Source: Octopus sinensis (lineage: Eukaryota). From it: DNA of 64,000 nt. Below the pieces are notes generated by a model. The model had not been told where the DNA came from, did no database searches, and saw only the letters and a list, made by a program, of their open reading frames with translations. Each line of letters begins with the position of its first letter. The stretch's first letter is position 1. Shown piece after piece: positions 38,160-50,138 of this stretch. A program made the position numbers and the translations under genes. The DNA is taken from NCBI RefSeq assembly GCF_006345805.1, contig NC_043011.1:35104464-35168463 (forward strand), read 5' to 3'.

Positions 38160-38376
38160 TTTATTCTTTTTTGTTTCAGTCATTTGATTGCGACCATGAT
38201 GGAGCACCGCCTTTAGTCGAAGAAATCGACTTATTCTTTGTAAGCCTAGTGCTTATTATATCGGTCTCCTTTACCGAACAGCTAAGTTACTGGGACGTAA
38301 ACACACCAACATTAGTTGTCAAGCGATGGTGGGGGGACAAACAGACGCACAAATACACACATGCGCGCGCACGCAC

Positions 38377-38421
<45 letters not shown>

Positions 38422-38603
38422 TGTATATATATATATACGATTGGCTTCTTTCAGTTTCCGTCTACTAAATCTTCTCACAAGGCTTTGGTCGGCCCGAAGC
38501 TATAGTAGAAGACACTTGCCCAAGGTGTCACACGGTGTGATTGAACCCGGAACCCTGTGGTTGGAAAACAATTTTTTCTTATACCACACAACCACTCCTG
38601 CGC
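38160..38603 (-). mobile_element. SINE family B
   Basis: Reverse complement of the bipartite consensus with internal (CA)n. Confidence 0.8.
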
Positions 38604-38997
38604 CTATATATGTGAGTGTGTAGTTTCCGGCTCAGAATTTCTGGAACCACCGTTGACATTGGCTTATCCTTATTGTCCGATTCCCATATATTGCATTAAT
38701 ATTCCTCGCATTTGTTTTTTGCGTTGTTGACTAACATGCCGAATATGGTCCTTAGTCACTTTCATTATAACTTTGAAAACATAACTGTTAAAATCGAACT
38801 GCATTTTTCAAAACGTGCCTTTAACAATATGCCAAGGTAAAATTACAACCTGCTATTCTAGCAAGCTGATGCAGGTAATTTATCCGGACTCCCTCAGACT
38901 TTTAGTCCATGCAATTGAAAAAGACCGCATTATTTATGGGATAACCCTATATATATATATATATGTATATATAAAAATATGTGTATTATATATATGC

Positions 38998-39125
<128 letters not shown>

Positions 39126-39126
39126 A

Positions 39127-39200
<74 letters not shown>

Positions 39201-39287
39201 TATATATATGTATATATATATACAACACACACACATATATGCATGCATATATCATACTACATCATACATACATACATACTACATACA

Positions 39288-39321
<34 letters not shown>

Positions 39322-39750
39322 CATACGCACACATCTGAATACACATATGTATAAGAGCACGCGAGACACAGAGAAAAGAGGAGGAGAGAGAGTGAGTGAG
39401 AGTGAGAGAGAGAGAGAGAGAGGGGGCAAATTCGTTCTCTTCATAAGTTATAGTCAATTCTGCAGCATATGCAACTTTTTATATGAATATAAATTATTTC
39501 AAATGTGAATTTTTAGAATTCATTTAACGTGATATACTTTGTATTCAGCTCTGATATATTGCGTTAGCTGTGTTGCTTACATAGCACATTATGACGTTGT
39601 ATACATACATACATACATACATACATACATACATACATACATACATACATACGTACATACATACATACATACATACATACATACATACATACATACATAC
39701 ATACATACATACATACAACGTACATACATACATACATACATACATACATA

Positions 39751-40138
39751 GAGTGGCTGTGTGGCAATTAGCTTGCTTACGAACCTCATAGTTCCGGGTT
39801 CAGTCCCACTGCGTGGCACCTTGGGTAAGTGTCTTCTACTATAGCCTCGGGCCGATTAAAGCCTTATGAGTGGATTCGGTAGACGGAAACTGAAAAAACC
39901 GTGGTATATATATATATGTATATGTGTGTGTATATGTTTGTGTGTCTGTGTTTGTCACCCCAACATCACTTGACAACCGATGCTGGTGTGCTTACGTCCC
40001 CGTAACTTAGCGGTTCGGCAAAAAGAGACCGATAGAATAAGTACTAGGCTTACAAAGAATAAGTTCTGGGGTCGATTTGCTCGACTAAAGGCGGTGCTGC
40101 AGCATGGCCACAGTAAAATGACTGAAACAAGTAATAGA
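39751..40138 (+). mobile_element. SINE family B, near full length
   Basis: Colinear with 19956-20356. Confidence 0.85.
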
Positions 40139-40190
40139 GAGAAGAGAGAGAGAGAGAGAGAGAGAAAAGACATATATGCATATAGATATA

Positions 40191-40778
40191 CGAGATCTGA
40201 TCAATAAGTATCCGGACTGTTGCTAAAGTAGACAGTGCAAAGTAGACAGAGCAAAGCCGCTTGGCAAACACTGACCATAAACTCTGCTCTGTTTTAACGT
40301 TCTGGCTCATTTCCGCTGTTTACAGCAGTGCTTGGAAGGAAGGTGTGTAGAATGTGATAGTCGCATTGACCATGCCAGAGAAAGTTGTCATGGCGATACC
40401 TGTTCAAAGGCCTACGCAAGGTTGCAGAAAGTGTATGGAGATGAGTGTATGAGTGTTTCAGACGTTTCCAAGATGGCCGAAAAATATCGATACTGACGAA
40501 TGTTCTGGGAGACCTGCAACCAGCAGAACTGAGAAAAACATCGCAGATGTGCGTGCAGCTGCGAGGGGAAATCGTCGAACACCATCTGTGAGTTATCAGA
40601 TGATGTGCAGATTAGTTACGGCTCAGTTCAGTCCATGATCACTGAAGATTTGGGTATGAGACGCTTGTCTACCAAGTTTGCGCCAAAACTGCTTTCAGCT
40701 GACCAGAAAGATACTCGGGTTTCAGTTGCTCAAGATCTTCTTGATTGTGCCGAGAACGATGAAAACTTTTGAAAATTT
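40191..40778 (+). mobile_element. Mariner-like transposon 5' half (TIR plus transposase N-terminus)
   Basis: TA-cgagatctgatcaataagtatccggact TIR; LQKVYGDECMS, SGRPATSRT, EDLGMRRLSTKFAPKLL (WVPKLL-like motif); truncated before the DD34D domain. Confidence 0.85.
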
Positions 40779-40970
40779 TGCGTACATACATACATACGTA
40801 CATACATACATACATACATACATACGTACATACATACATACATACATACATATATACATACATACATACATACATACATACATACATACATGCATATTTT
40901 GTTTCGAATTTGTGTGAATGTGTATAGAATAATATATCAGTTGAATAAAGGTAAAATATAGTCTGGTTCA

Positions 40971-41121
40971 CACGTTTTTTAATATGGTATTTTAACAAAA
41001 TTAGCGCTTTGATTTACAGTGTACTCTTTAGATTTCAAATGTGTTCAACATATTTGAAATCTGCTGAGAACACTATATATGAAAGCGCTAATTTTGTTAA
41101 AATACCATAAGAACACACGTG
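40971..41121. other. Fold-back inverted repeat containing a decayed hammerhead (41056-41095, +)
   Basis: 27-bp arms tatggtattttaacaaaattagcgcttt and its complement; right arm reads GAAAT-CTGCTGA-(no helix II)-GAAA-GCGC-TA-ATTTT. Confidence 0.7.
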
Positions 41122-41154
41122 AAAACCAGAGTAAGTTTTAAGTTTATTCAACCA

Positions 41155-41185
<31 letters not shown>

Positions 41186-41288
41186 TGTATGGATGTATGT
41201 ATGTATGTATGTATGTATGTATGTATGTATCTATCTATCTATCTATCTATCTATCTGTCTGTTTGTTTGTCTATCTATCTATCTATCC

Positions 41289-41372
<84 letters not shown>

Positions 41373-41385
41373 GTCCGTCTGTTTG

Positions 41386-41435
<50 letters not shown>

Positions 41436-41439
41436 CCCC

Positions 41440-41473
<34 letters not shown>

Positions 41474-41559
41474 TATATATGTATATATATATATATTATT
41501 ATATATATATTATATATATATATATATTGAATGATTACTGTGGAGCATTGTTGTAGAAT

Positions 41560-41822
41560 ATATTGTATAAAAGATCGTGGGTAGGGCCAAAACAATGCGA
41601 AATAAATGCAAGGTAAATCATAAGAAAACAAATATGTGAATTGATGTAGACTTGCCTTGTATTCAATATTTCGGGGTTATGACCCATTTTCAAGAAATAT
41701 TCGTCAAATTCTTGAAAATGGGGTCATAATCCCGAAATATTGAATAGAAGGTATTCATATATGCATATTTGTTTTCTTGTGATTTATCTTGCTTTTAGTT
41801 CGCACGATATTTTATACAATAT
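41560..41822. other. Fold-back inverted repeat with U3-A8 hammerhead-like motif (41708-41745, +)
   Basis: Arms pair around a spacer at ~41697-41708; ATTC-TTGAAAA-T-GGGG-tcataa-TCCC-GAAA-TAT-T-GAAT. Confidence 0.7.
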
Positions 41823-42569
41823 ATATACATATACACGCATATATATTATTGACCTCAAAGTCTCAATGTATGTGTTTTTCTTGTTCTCTTGTTCGTTATA
41901 ACATAATATTTTGGGGACAACCTCATAGTACTGAGTGTTAAAACACCTAAAAGTCATATACAGGGGAGACAACTCGCTTCCTGTCCTATTTGTGCCGATA
42001 TCTATATCGATTTGTTTTAGGTAGAAGAAAATACAGGAGGATCAGTTAAGTATGATCTTATCCAACATATTCCCCTCTCAGACACACACGTTTATTATAG
42101 CGATCCTTCAGTTTTGTGAGCCCTGTAAAAGAACTGGGAAGGTCCGGCTTCTAACCAGGCCTATCATGATACCCTTAAAGTCGGGAACGTTGCAGCACTC
42201 CCTCGTATATATGCGACCCACGTTAGTGGATTTGTATGACAGAAACTAAAGAGCTCATTGTATATATATATATATATATAATTATATATATATATATATA
42301 TATATTGGAAGGTTGGAGATGATGTACAGGTATTTTATATTAGGAGAAATTGTACTGCCTTATGTCCCTCCCCGCCACTACACACTCAATAACACTATAA
42401 ATGGTCAAAACGTTTCACACAACAGGAACTTAGTTCGATTTGAAAACCCCACTAGAATGGAGAAAGCGCTAATATATGATCTAAGTTATATGAGTATAAA
42501 AACATGTAATATGTCAAATAAATATCTGTAAATATAAACCATCCGATTTCTGAGTACCTCACTCATTTC

Positions 42570-42625
<56 letters not shown>

Positions 42626-42680
42626 TACGGAGATGTACTCGCATAGCAAGTAATTTGATCTGAGATCGTGGCTGAAACGA

Positions 42681-42971
42681 AAACAATTGCAGCGTGGAAG
42701 GTGTTTATAAGCCATTTAAGAAACACACAAAAGCCGTTCGATTCACTTCAACATTTAAGTTTAATTTGTCAAAATATTTTCGTCGCTAAAATCCGCGACC
42801 TGTTCACTGACAAAAATCCGTGCTGCATCTCCGAGATTTTTGCAGTGAACAGGTCGCGGATTTTAGCGACGAAAATATTTTGACAAATTAAACTTAAATG
42901 TTGAAGTGAATCGAACGTCTTTTGTGTGTTTCTTAAATGGCTTATAAACACCTTCCACGCTGCAATTGTTT
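42681..42971. other. 138-bp near-perfect palindrome between (TA)n tracts with G3-C8 hammerhead-like motifs
   Basis: Arms 42681-42818 and 42835-42971; minus strand of 42765-42814 reads TTTGTCA-GTGAACA-G-GTCGC-ggatttta-GCGAC-GAAA-ATAT-T-T-TGACAAA. Confidence 0.85.
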
Positions 42972-43015
42972 ATACATATATATATATATACTTGCGTGTC
43001 TGTGTTTGTGGATTC

Positions 43016-43470
43016 TAATTATTTATTTTAGTGTGTTTAAAGAAATGTGGATGAGAACACCAGGATCGATGAAACGGAATGGATCTACTCCGAGTATGGT
43101 TTTCAGGGTAAGAAGAAAGAAACTGGAACATGGCACTTCCCATGCCTTGGAGATTACAGAATGATCAGGGACTTTTTGTGAGGGAGTAATTCCACCCTCC
43201 TCAATTACCCCACGCTGACGGCCCATGTTTTTATGGATTCTATTTATTTCTTGTAGTGTGTTTATCCAAAGGTGGATGAGAGCAGCAAGATTAGTGAAAC
43301 TGAATGGATCTACTCCGAGTATGCTTTCCAGGGCAAGAAAACAGAAACTGGAAGATGGGAACTTCCCATGCTTGGAGATTAGAGAATAATTATGGACGTT
43401 TTTTGAGGGGAATTTTTCCCCCGAATTACCCCAGGCTGACGGCCATGGTCTTATGGATTCTATTTATTTA
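43016..43470. repeat. Diverged two-copy ~225-bp tandem repeat
   Basis: aatggatctactccgagtatg, cttcccatgc.ttggagatta and gctgacggcc..atggattctatttattt each occur twice. Confidence 0.85.
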
Positions 43471-43831
43471 TGCTTTTCACTTCTATTTTTGTATCATTTG
43501 TTATATGCTCGTTCTTGTTTCTCCCCTTTTGATCTATGCAAAACCTCACCGTTTTACGCGTTGTATTACGTCTTTTGATGTAGTTGACAGTGTCTTGGGC
43601 CCTCGCGGCCAATAAAGGAAATCATTATCGTTGGTGGCGGCAATGGTGGTGGTGGTGGTGGTGGTGGTGGTGGTGGTGTGGTTAGTGTTGTTCTGCTTGT
43701 TGTTTTAGTTGTTTTAGCTGGATATTGCTCCCGGTGTTATTTTAAAAATTGGATTAAGCTCTAAAGTGCGTAAGAATATCTTCTCTCTCCCGCTTTCTCA
43801 TTCGATTCAAAATAAGCGTTATTCAAAGAGA

Positions 43832-43886
<55 letters not shown>

Positions 43887-43965
43887 TGAGATGTAAGGTA
43901 GAGGAATAAGAGGAAGTAGAAATAGTCAGACAGATGGAGATAGACAGACAGATAGATAGATAGAC

Positions 43966-44019
<54 letters not shown>

Positions 44020-44033
44020 GGATTGATAGATAG

Positions 44034-44064
<31 letters not shown>

Positions 44065-44407
44065 GATAAAGGGAAGGAGAGAAGGAGGGGTGAAGGAGAG
44101 AGAGTGAGAAGGAGAGGAGAGAGGAGAAGGAGGAGATACAGAAAGTATAACAGAAGACCAAATAAATGTATAAAGATTTAAGAGGGAGAAAGGAGAGCAA
44201 TACACATATATTGTAGAGAAATTAAGAGAAAAAGAGAGTATACGTGTGTGTGTATGTGAAAGGGAAAGAGATGGTGAGAGAGAGAGAGAGATAACGATAG
44301 AGAGATATAAACAGACAAAGATAGAAAGTATGAAGACAGATTGAAAAATATATCCAGATTGCTAGTGGAAGAAAGAAATACACACGTGTATGTATTAAAG
44401 AATAATT

Positions 44408-44439
<32 letters not shown>

Positions 44440-44934
44440 TTGAGATAATAAGCGATGTGAAGGCAGGGAATGAGTTGGAAATAGTTGGCTTATGGCGGCA
44501 TTTTTTCCCATTAATATTCCTTTGTAAAATGAAAGGATTCACCATAGAATTGTAGCAGAACTTCACAGGTTTTTGGAATTGTAATCGCAAAGACCAATTC
44601 TGCTGATCTCTCAGATGTATTAAAACAATCCTGTATTCGTTTGAAATCCATTTTTACCGTTCTTCCTTCCAACTGTTGATATTTCTCTGACGTATTACGA
44701 TTCTAATCATGCATGAGGAACTATCACTGCTATTGTTGTTGTCGTTGTTGTTATTGTATTGTCCTGTACCGTCCTCGATCTGTTTGCAAACCCTTAGAGG
44801 TTACTAAACAAATCATCATCATCATCATCACCATCATCATAATCATCACTATTATTATTATTGTTATTATTATAATTATTATTATTATTATTATTATTTT
44901 ATTATATTATTATTATTATTATTATATTATTATA

Positions 44935-44974
<40 letters not shown>

Positions 44975-44996
44975 TATTTATTATTATTATTTTATT

Positions 44997-45251
44997 GAGT
45001 GAAAGAGCAGTGCATGCCATCAAGTGACACTGGGGTAAAATATACGAAGCCCAATATACCCATCATGACTACCCGTCCGATAAGGGTACACCAGGCACAT
45101 GCATCACAACCATATGTGCGCGACATGGTAATCTCATATCAAGATAACACACATGACCTTGCAGGTGGGGCCCAGTTAAAATTTTCTTCAGTTGAGTAGC
45201 CCATCCCGCTCAAAAGGTCCCTGAATAAGGGTTGTTTAAGGATGTTGAAAG
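44997..45251 (-). mobile_element. Truncated copy of the ~550-bp TAA-associated element
   Basis: Keeps the gagtgagagagc end; (TTA)n on both sides. Confidence 0.8.
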
Positions 45252-45269
45252 AATATTATTATTGTTGAA

Positions 45270-45312
<43 letters not shown>

Positions 45313-45872
45313 GAGTGAGAGAGCAGTGCATGCCATCAAAGTGACAATGGGGTAAAATATACGAAGCCCAGTATACCCATCATGACAACCCGTCTGATAA
45401 GGCTACCCCAGACACATGCATCCCAACCATATGTGCATGATATGGTGATCTCATATCAAGATAAACAGTGCATGATCTTGCAGGTGGGGCCCAGTTAAAA
45501 TTTTCTCCTGGTTGAGTAACCCATCCCACTCAAAAGGTCCCTGAATAAGGGTTGGTTAAGGATGTTGAACGAAACACCCATGTTTCCAGAGGTGAATTAT
45601 TCAAACCCCAAAGAATCCCCTTCAACACATGGCTATGATGCTTCCCTTCTACTTCTGCTCGTGATCAGAGATGCACATATCGTCAGATACTAAGGGACAT
45701 TGTCAAATGGTTATGGTCAAGCAACTGACAAGCAAATTTGTGGTATTGAGCAGAATATTTGCTGTAGCCCATCTTTTATACCAAGACAAAACAATGTACA
45801 TGATAACACTTCCAATCAGTAAGATCAGAAGCCACGAGAGCCACTGCCACTGCCTGGTACTGCATCAGGGTG
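45313..45872 (-). mobile_element. Full copy of the ~550-bp TAA-associated element
   Basis: Colinear with 27771-28313; (TTA)n on both sides. Confidence 0.85.
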
Positions 45873-45908
<36 letters not shown>

Positions 45909-45911
<3 letters not shown>

Positions 45912-48900
45912 TAGTTTTATTTTTATTTTTATAGCGTGCTTTCACTTCACTACCGAGCGCAGCTCTGTGTGCCTTGGGTATGTGCTGTGATTTGTTGTGA
46001 TGCTCTGATGGTTATTGTATGGAAAGTGTTCTGCGTAGGATGTGTGCAGTGCCTAGTAGTGCAATTTTCTGTATGTTATATGTGTTTGTAAGTCCTGGTG
46101 TTTTTGTTATGTATTTGTCTGAATATTTTTTTATCATGCCTAATGCACCTACTATGATAGGAATTGTTTCTGTTTTCAGATTCCACATTCTAGTTACCTC
46201 TATTTCCAGGTCTTTGTATTTTGAGAGTTTCTCCATTTCTTTTAGAGACACGTTGTCATCTGCCGGTACTGATACATCAATTAGAAAGCATTTTTTTTCT
46301 TCATGGTCTCTGACAACTATATCTGGTCTGTTGGCCTTAATTTCTCTATCTGTGTGTATCGGCATATCCCAGAGTATGGTTGCTTTCTCGTTTTCTGTGA
46401 CCTTTTCTGGTGTGTGCCTATACCATCTTTTTTCTGTTGTTATTCCATAATGTTGGCATAGCTTCCAATGTATGTAGTTCCAACTCTGTCATGTCTGTGA
46501 ATATATTCCTTCTTAGCCAGGACTGGGCAGCTAGAGATAATATGATTTATTGTTTCTTGTCCATCTCCACATATTCTGCAGTTACTTGTAATATTTCTTT
46601 TCATTACATGTTTTTGGTAATTTCTGGTGGGGAGGCTTTGGTCTTGTGCTGCAATTAAAAATCCCTCTGTTTCTGCTTTGAGTCCTGAGCTTCTCACCAT
46701 TGCTGGGGTTTTTCTTTGTCTATTTCTTTTGCGTTTAGTTTAGTCCAGTATTTACCATGAAGGGGCTTTTCTTGCCATCGTTTTATCATGGTTCGTTGCT
46801 GTTCTATTTTTAGTTTGGATTTCATTTTTTGTATAGCTTTTGTTGTTTCTTCATCTTCTTCTTCTTCTTCATTTTATTAGGTGGTATGATTTCTTGTTTG
46901 TATTTGTCAGCTTCCTTAAATACTGAGAACAGTTTTTTGTTTTGCTCGTGTTTTGCCGCTATCTGGATCAGTTTTCTTTCCTTCTGAGTAGATATTTTTG
47001 CAGTCCTATGGTGGTTATTTTATAGTAGTTTTCCATCCAGCTGTATAAGGCCTCTACCACCTTCTATACTTTGTATATATAGTCTTTCTATGTCAGATTT
47101 TGGGTGATGCACCTAGATCCTGTCATTATTTTTCTTGTTTTCCTGTCTATTTTGGTCAGTTCATTTCGTGTCCAGTTAAGGATATTGTAGCTGTAACTTA
47201 TAACTGGGACAGCTAAAGTGTTGATACCTATTATCTTGTTTTTAGCATTGAGCTCTGTGTTTAGTATTGATCTAACTCGTCTATAATATTCTTTTTTATT
47301 TTCTCTTTCATTCATTTGTGTGTGTTGTGTCTTATCTAGTTCATGGATTCCTAAGTATTTGTAAGTTTGGCTTTGGTCTAATTCTTTTATTTCATTTGCT
47401 TCATCTAGTGTGATGTTGTTACTCTCTTACTAGTTTTCCTCTTTTCATGGTTACTTTGGCGCATTTTTCTAATCCAAATTTCATATCTATTTCTTTGGTA
47501 AATCCATGAACTGTCTTTAATAGTGTTTCCAGCTGTTTGTCATTTGCAGCGTATAGTTTTAGGTCATCCATATATAAAAGGTGGCTGATCGTTTTGCCGT
47601 AACATTTATATCCGCATCCAGTTCTATTTAGCATATCAGATAGAGGTGACAGTGCCAAGCAGAAAAGGAGTGGAGAGAGCGTATCTCCCTGGAATATTCC
47701 TCTTCTAATGGGGATGTCTTTGGTTTTCATGAGTCCCTCTTTTGTTTGGAGGTGTAGGACTGTTTGCCATTTATTCATAGAGTGCTCTATGAATTTTATG
47801 ATTGTTGGTGCTACTTTGTTAATGGCTAGTGTTTCGAGGATCCATGTGTGGGGGATGCTATAAAACGCCTTTTTGTAGTCAATCCAGGCCATACTGAGGC
47901 CTTTCTTCTTTCTGTGGCTGGTCTTCAGTTATGGCTTTATTAATCATTAGTTGATCTTTACAGCCATATGAGCCCTTGCGGCATCCTTTCTGCTCTTCTG
48001 GGAACAGTTTGTTTTCGTCCAGGTGCTTGTTCAGCCTTTGTGATATCACTGCAGTAAATGCCTTGAACATAGTAGGGAGGCAGGTTATTGGTCTGTAGTT
48101 TTCTGGTTTTTCTGTTTCATTTGATTTGGGAATTAAGATGGTTTTCCCCTTCGTGAGCCATTCAGGCATTGTCTCTGGCTCTGCTAGTACGTTGTTAAAG
48201 TTTTCAGCCAGCTTTTTGTGCATTCCTGTTAGATATTTCAACCAGAGTTGGGGATCTTGTCATGCCCAGGTGCCTTCCAGTTGCTTAGTCTTTGCAGTGC
48301 CTGGGTGACCTCTTCAGTTGTTATGGGGGTCCAAATTTGTTCAGATGCCGAGTTTGTTATTTTGATACTCCTTTTTTTTGGTGGTTCGTTCGCCGACCAT
48401 ATTTCTCCCCAGAATTCTTCCAATTCTTCTGCGCCGTTGGTGCTGCAGTGACTTCTATTTTATTTTTGCCCAGTTCTTGGTAGAACTTTTTGGGGTTGGA
48501 GTTGAACTTTTTGTTTTCTTCAAAGAAGCGTTGGCGTTTCTGGTACCGGCGGATCCTTCGTGCTTTTGGCAAGGATATCTTGCTTCAGCTTTTCTTTTAT
48601 TTCAGGCAAATCTTTTTCTGTGATGTTATATTTGCGGAGTATTTTTGTTCTCTTTTTGTTGCTCAGTAGCGTTGATTCTTTGCTGATTTCATTAAGAATC
48701 GACAGGTCTTTTCTATATTTTTTTTTTATTTTACTTTGGATGTTATTTATCCCAGGGTTTTTGTTTGGGTGGTGGTACTCCTGTTTGGGCGGGTTTGGGT
48801 GAGTATCCAGCTTCTTTTGTGGCTGCAGTGGCTGCTGCGTATATTAGGTTATTTAGCTCAGTGATATCACTTTTTTTTGATTCAGTGGCTATCAGTTCAG

Positions 48901-49907
48901 TGACGGCTAGGTTTATGCTGTTTATAATAGGTGTTGTTATTTCGTTTATTTTGATTCTTGGGAGGTATGGTCGGTGGTCCATTTTGAGCTCTGTGGTTTT
49001 CAGTTCTTTGATTATTTTATTTTTTATATTATCATAATCATTAGGCTCCCCTTCGTTGTTTACATCGTGTTTGTTGGGAATGTTGCGTTTGTCTTCGTGT
49101 TTTACAGTTTCAGTGTTTATATTATTGGGCATTGTTGTGTGGCTTCTATCTACATTTTCCTGGTGTATGTTTTCTTTTAGGTGTTCTATTTCTATTTCTG
49201 ATATTTTTTTTGTGTTGAGAATGTATCTTCGTACGTTAGCTAATTTATTAGGGTTCATTGCTGTATCCAAGTCTAAATCTCTATTATTTTCCTCCCTATT
49301 TTATATGTATGTGTTGTTGTATTTTCATTTTTTGGGTAGAGTACTGCTGTGAAGTATGCGTGTAAGATAGAAATGTATTCCTCACGTGTCCATTTACGTC
49401 TTTTGGGTTTTATTTGCGGGACATGAGGTACAACGTCCGGCCCATTATTTTGACGGTCGTCATTTTCGTAGGGTACCGGTCCGTTTATTTCTGTTGTCAC
49501 ATTATTTCGCACGTGTAGTTTTTCGTACATTTTTTGTTGTAGGTTTAATGTACGTACCGCTCGATTGTTATTCTTGGGTTGAATAGTATCGGTGGCATTT
49601 AATTTCTTCGTAGTTCCTTTGTACATGGTGTTTGGGGTCGGAGATGATCGTGATGTTTCACTCATGTTTACATGTGTTGCGTTAGAGGCGGAGATGATAT
49701 CGAGTCAAAATACATCATTTCGTTTCGAAAATAGTAATAAATTTCAATTTGTATTACTTACTCGGATACAGTCCAATTCTTTGTTAGTAAAACTTTGGCT
49801 CCATAGGATGTCCTTGTTTTCGATGTTTGTAGATAGGTTTCGGAGCTCTGAATTTTCCTTCTTACATCTTAAAAGTCCCCCGGTGTTCTTAGTCCCCCGG
49901 TGTTCCT
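45909..49907 (-). mobile_element. Near full-length R4/Dong-clade non-LTR retrotransposon (single ORF: RT, CCHC, restriction-like endonuclease), frameshifted
   Basis: ORF pieces 49665 to 46012: KRRKWTREEY N-terminus, NYRPITCL, WIDYKKAF.S, GIFQGDTLSPLLF, YMDDLKL, FGLEKC, CRICG..ETINHIISSC, RHDRV, RPDIVV..IDVSVP..K..KY; (TAA)n at both ends. Confidence 0.93.
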
Positions 49908-49909
49908 TA

Positions 49910-49972
<63 letters not shown>

Positions 49973-49989
49973 CATCATCATCATTATTA

Positions 49990-50026
<37 letters not shown>

Positions 50027-50061
50027 TTATTATTATTATTATTATTATCTCATCATCATCA

Positions 50062-50109
<48 letters not shown>

Positions 50110-50138
50110 TATTATTATTACTATTAATTATTATTATT

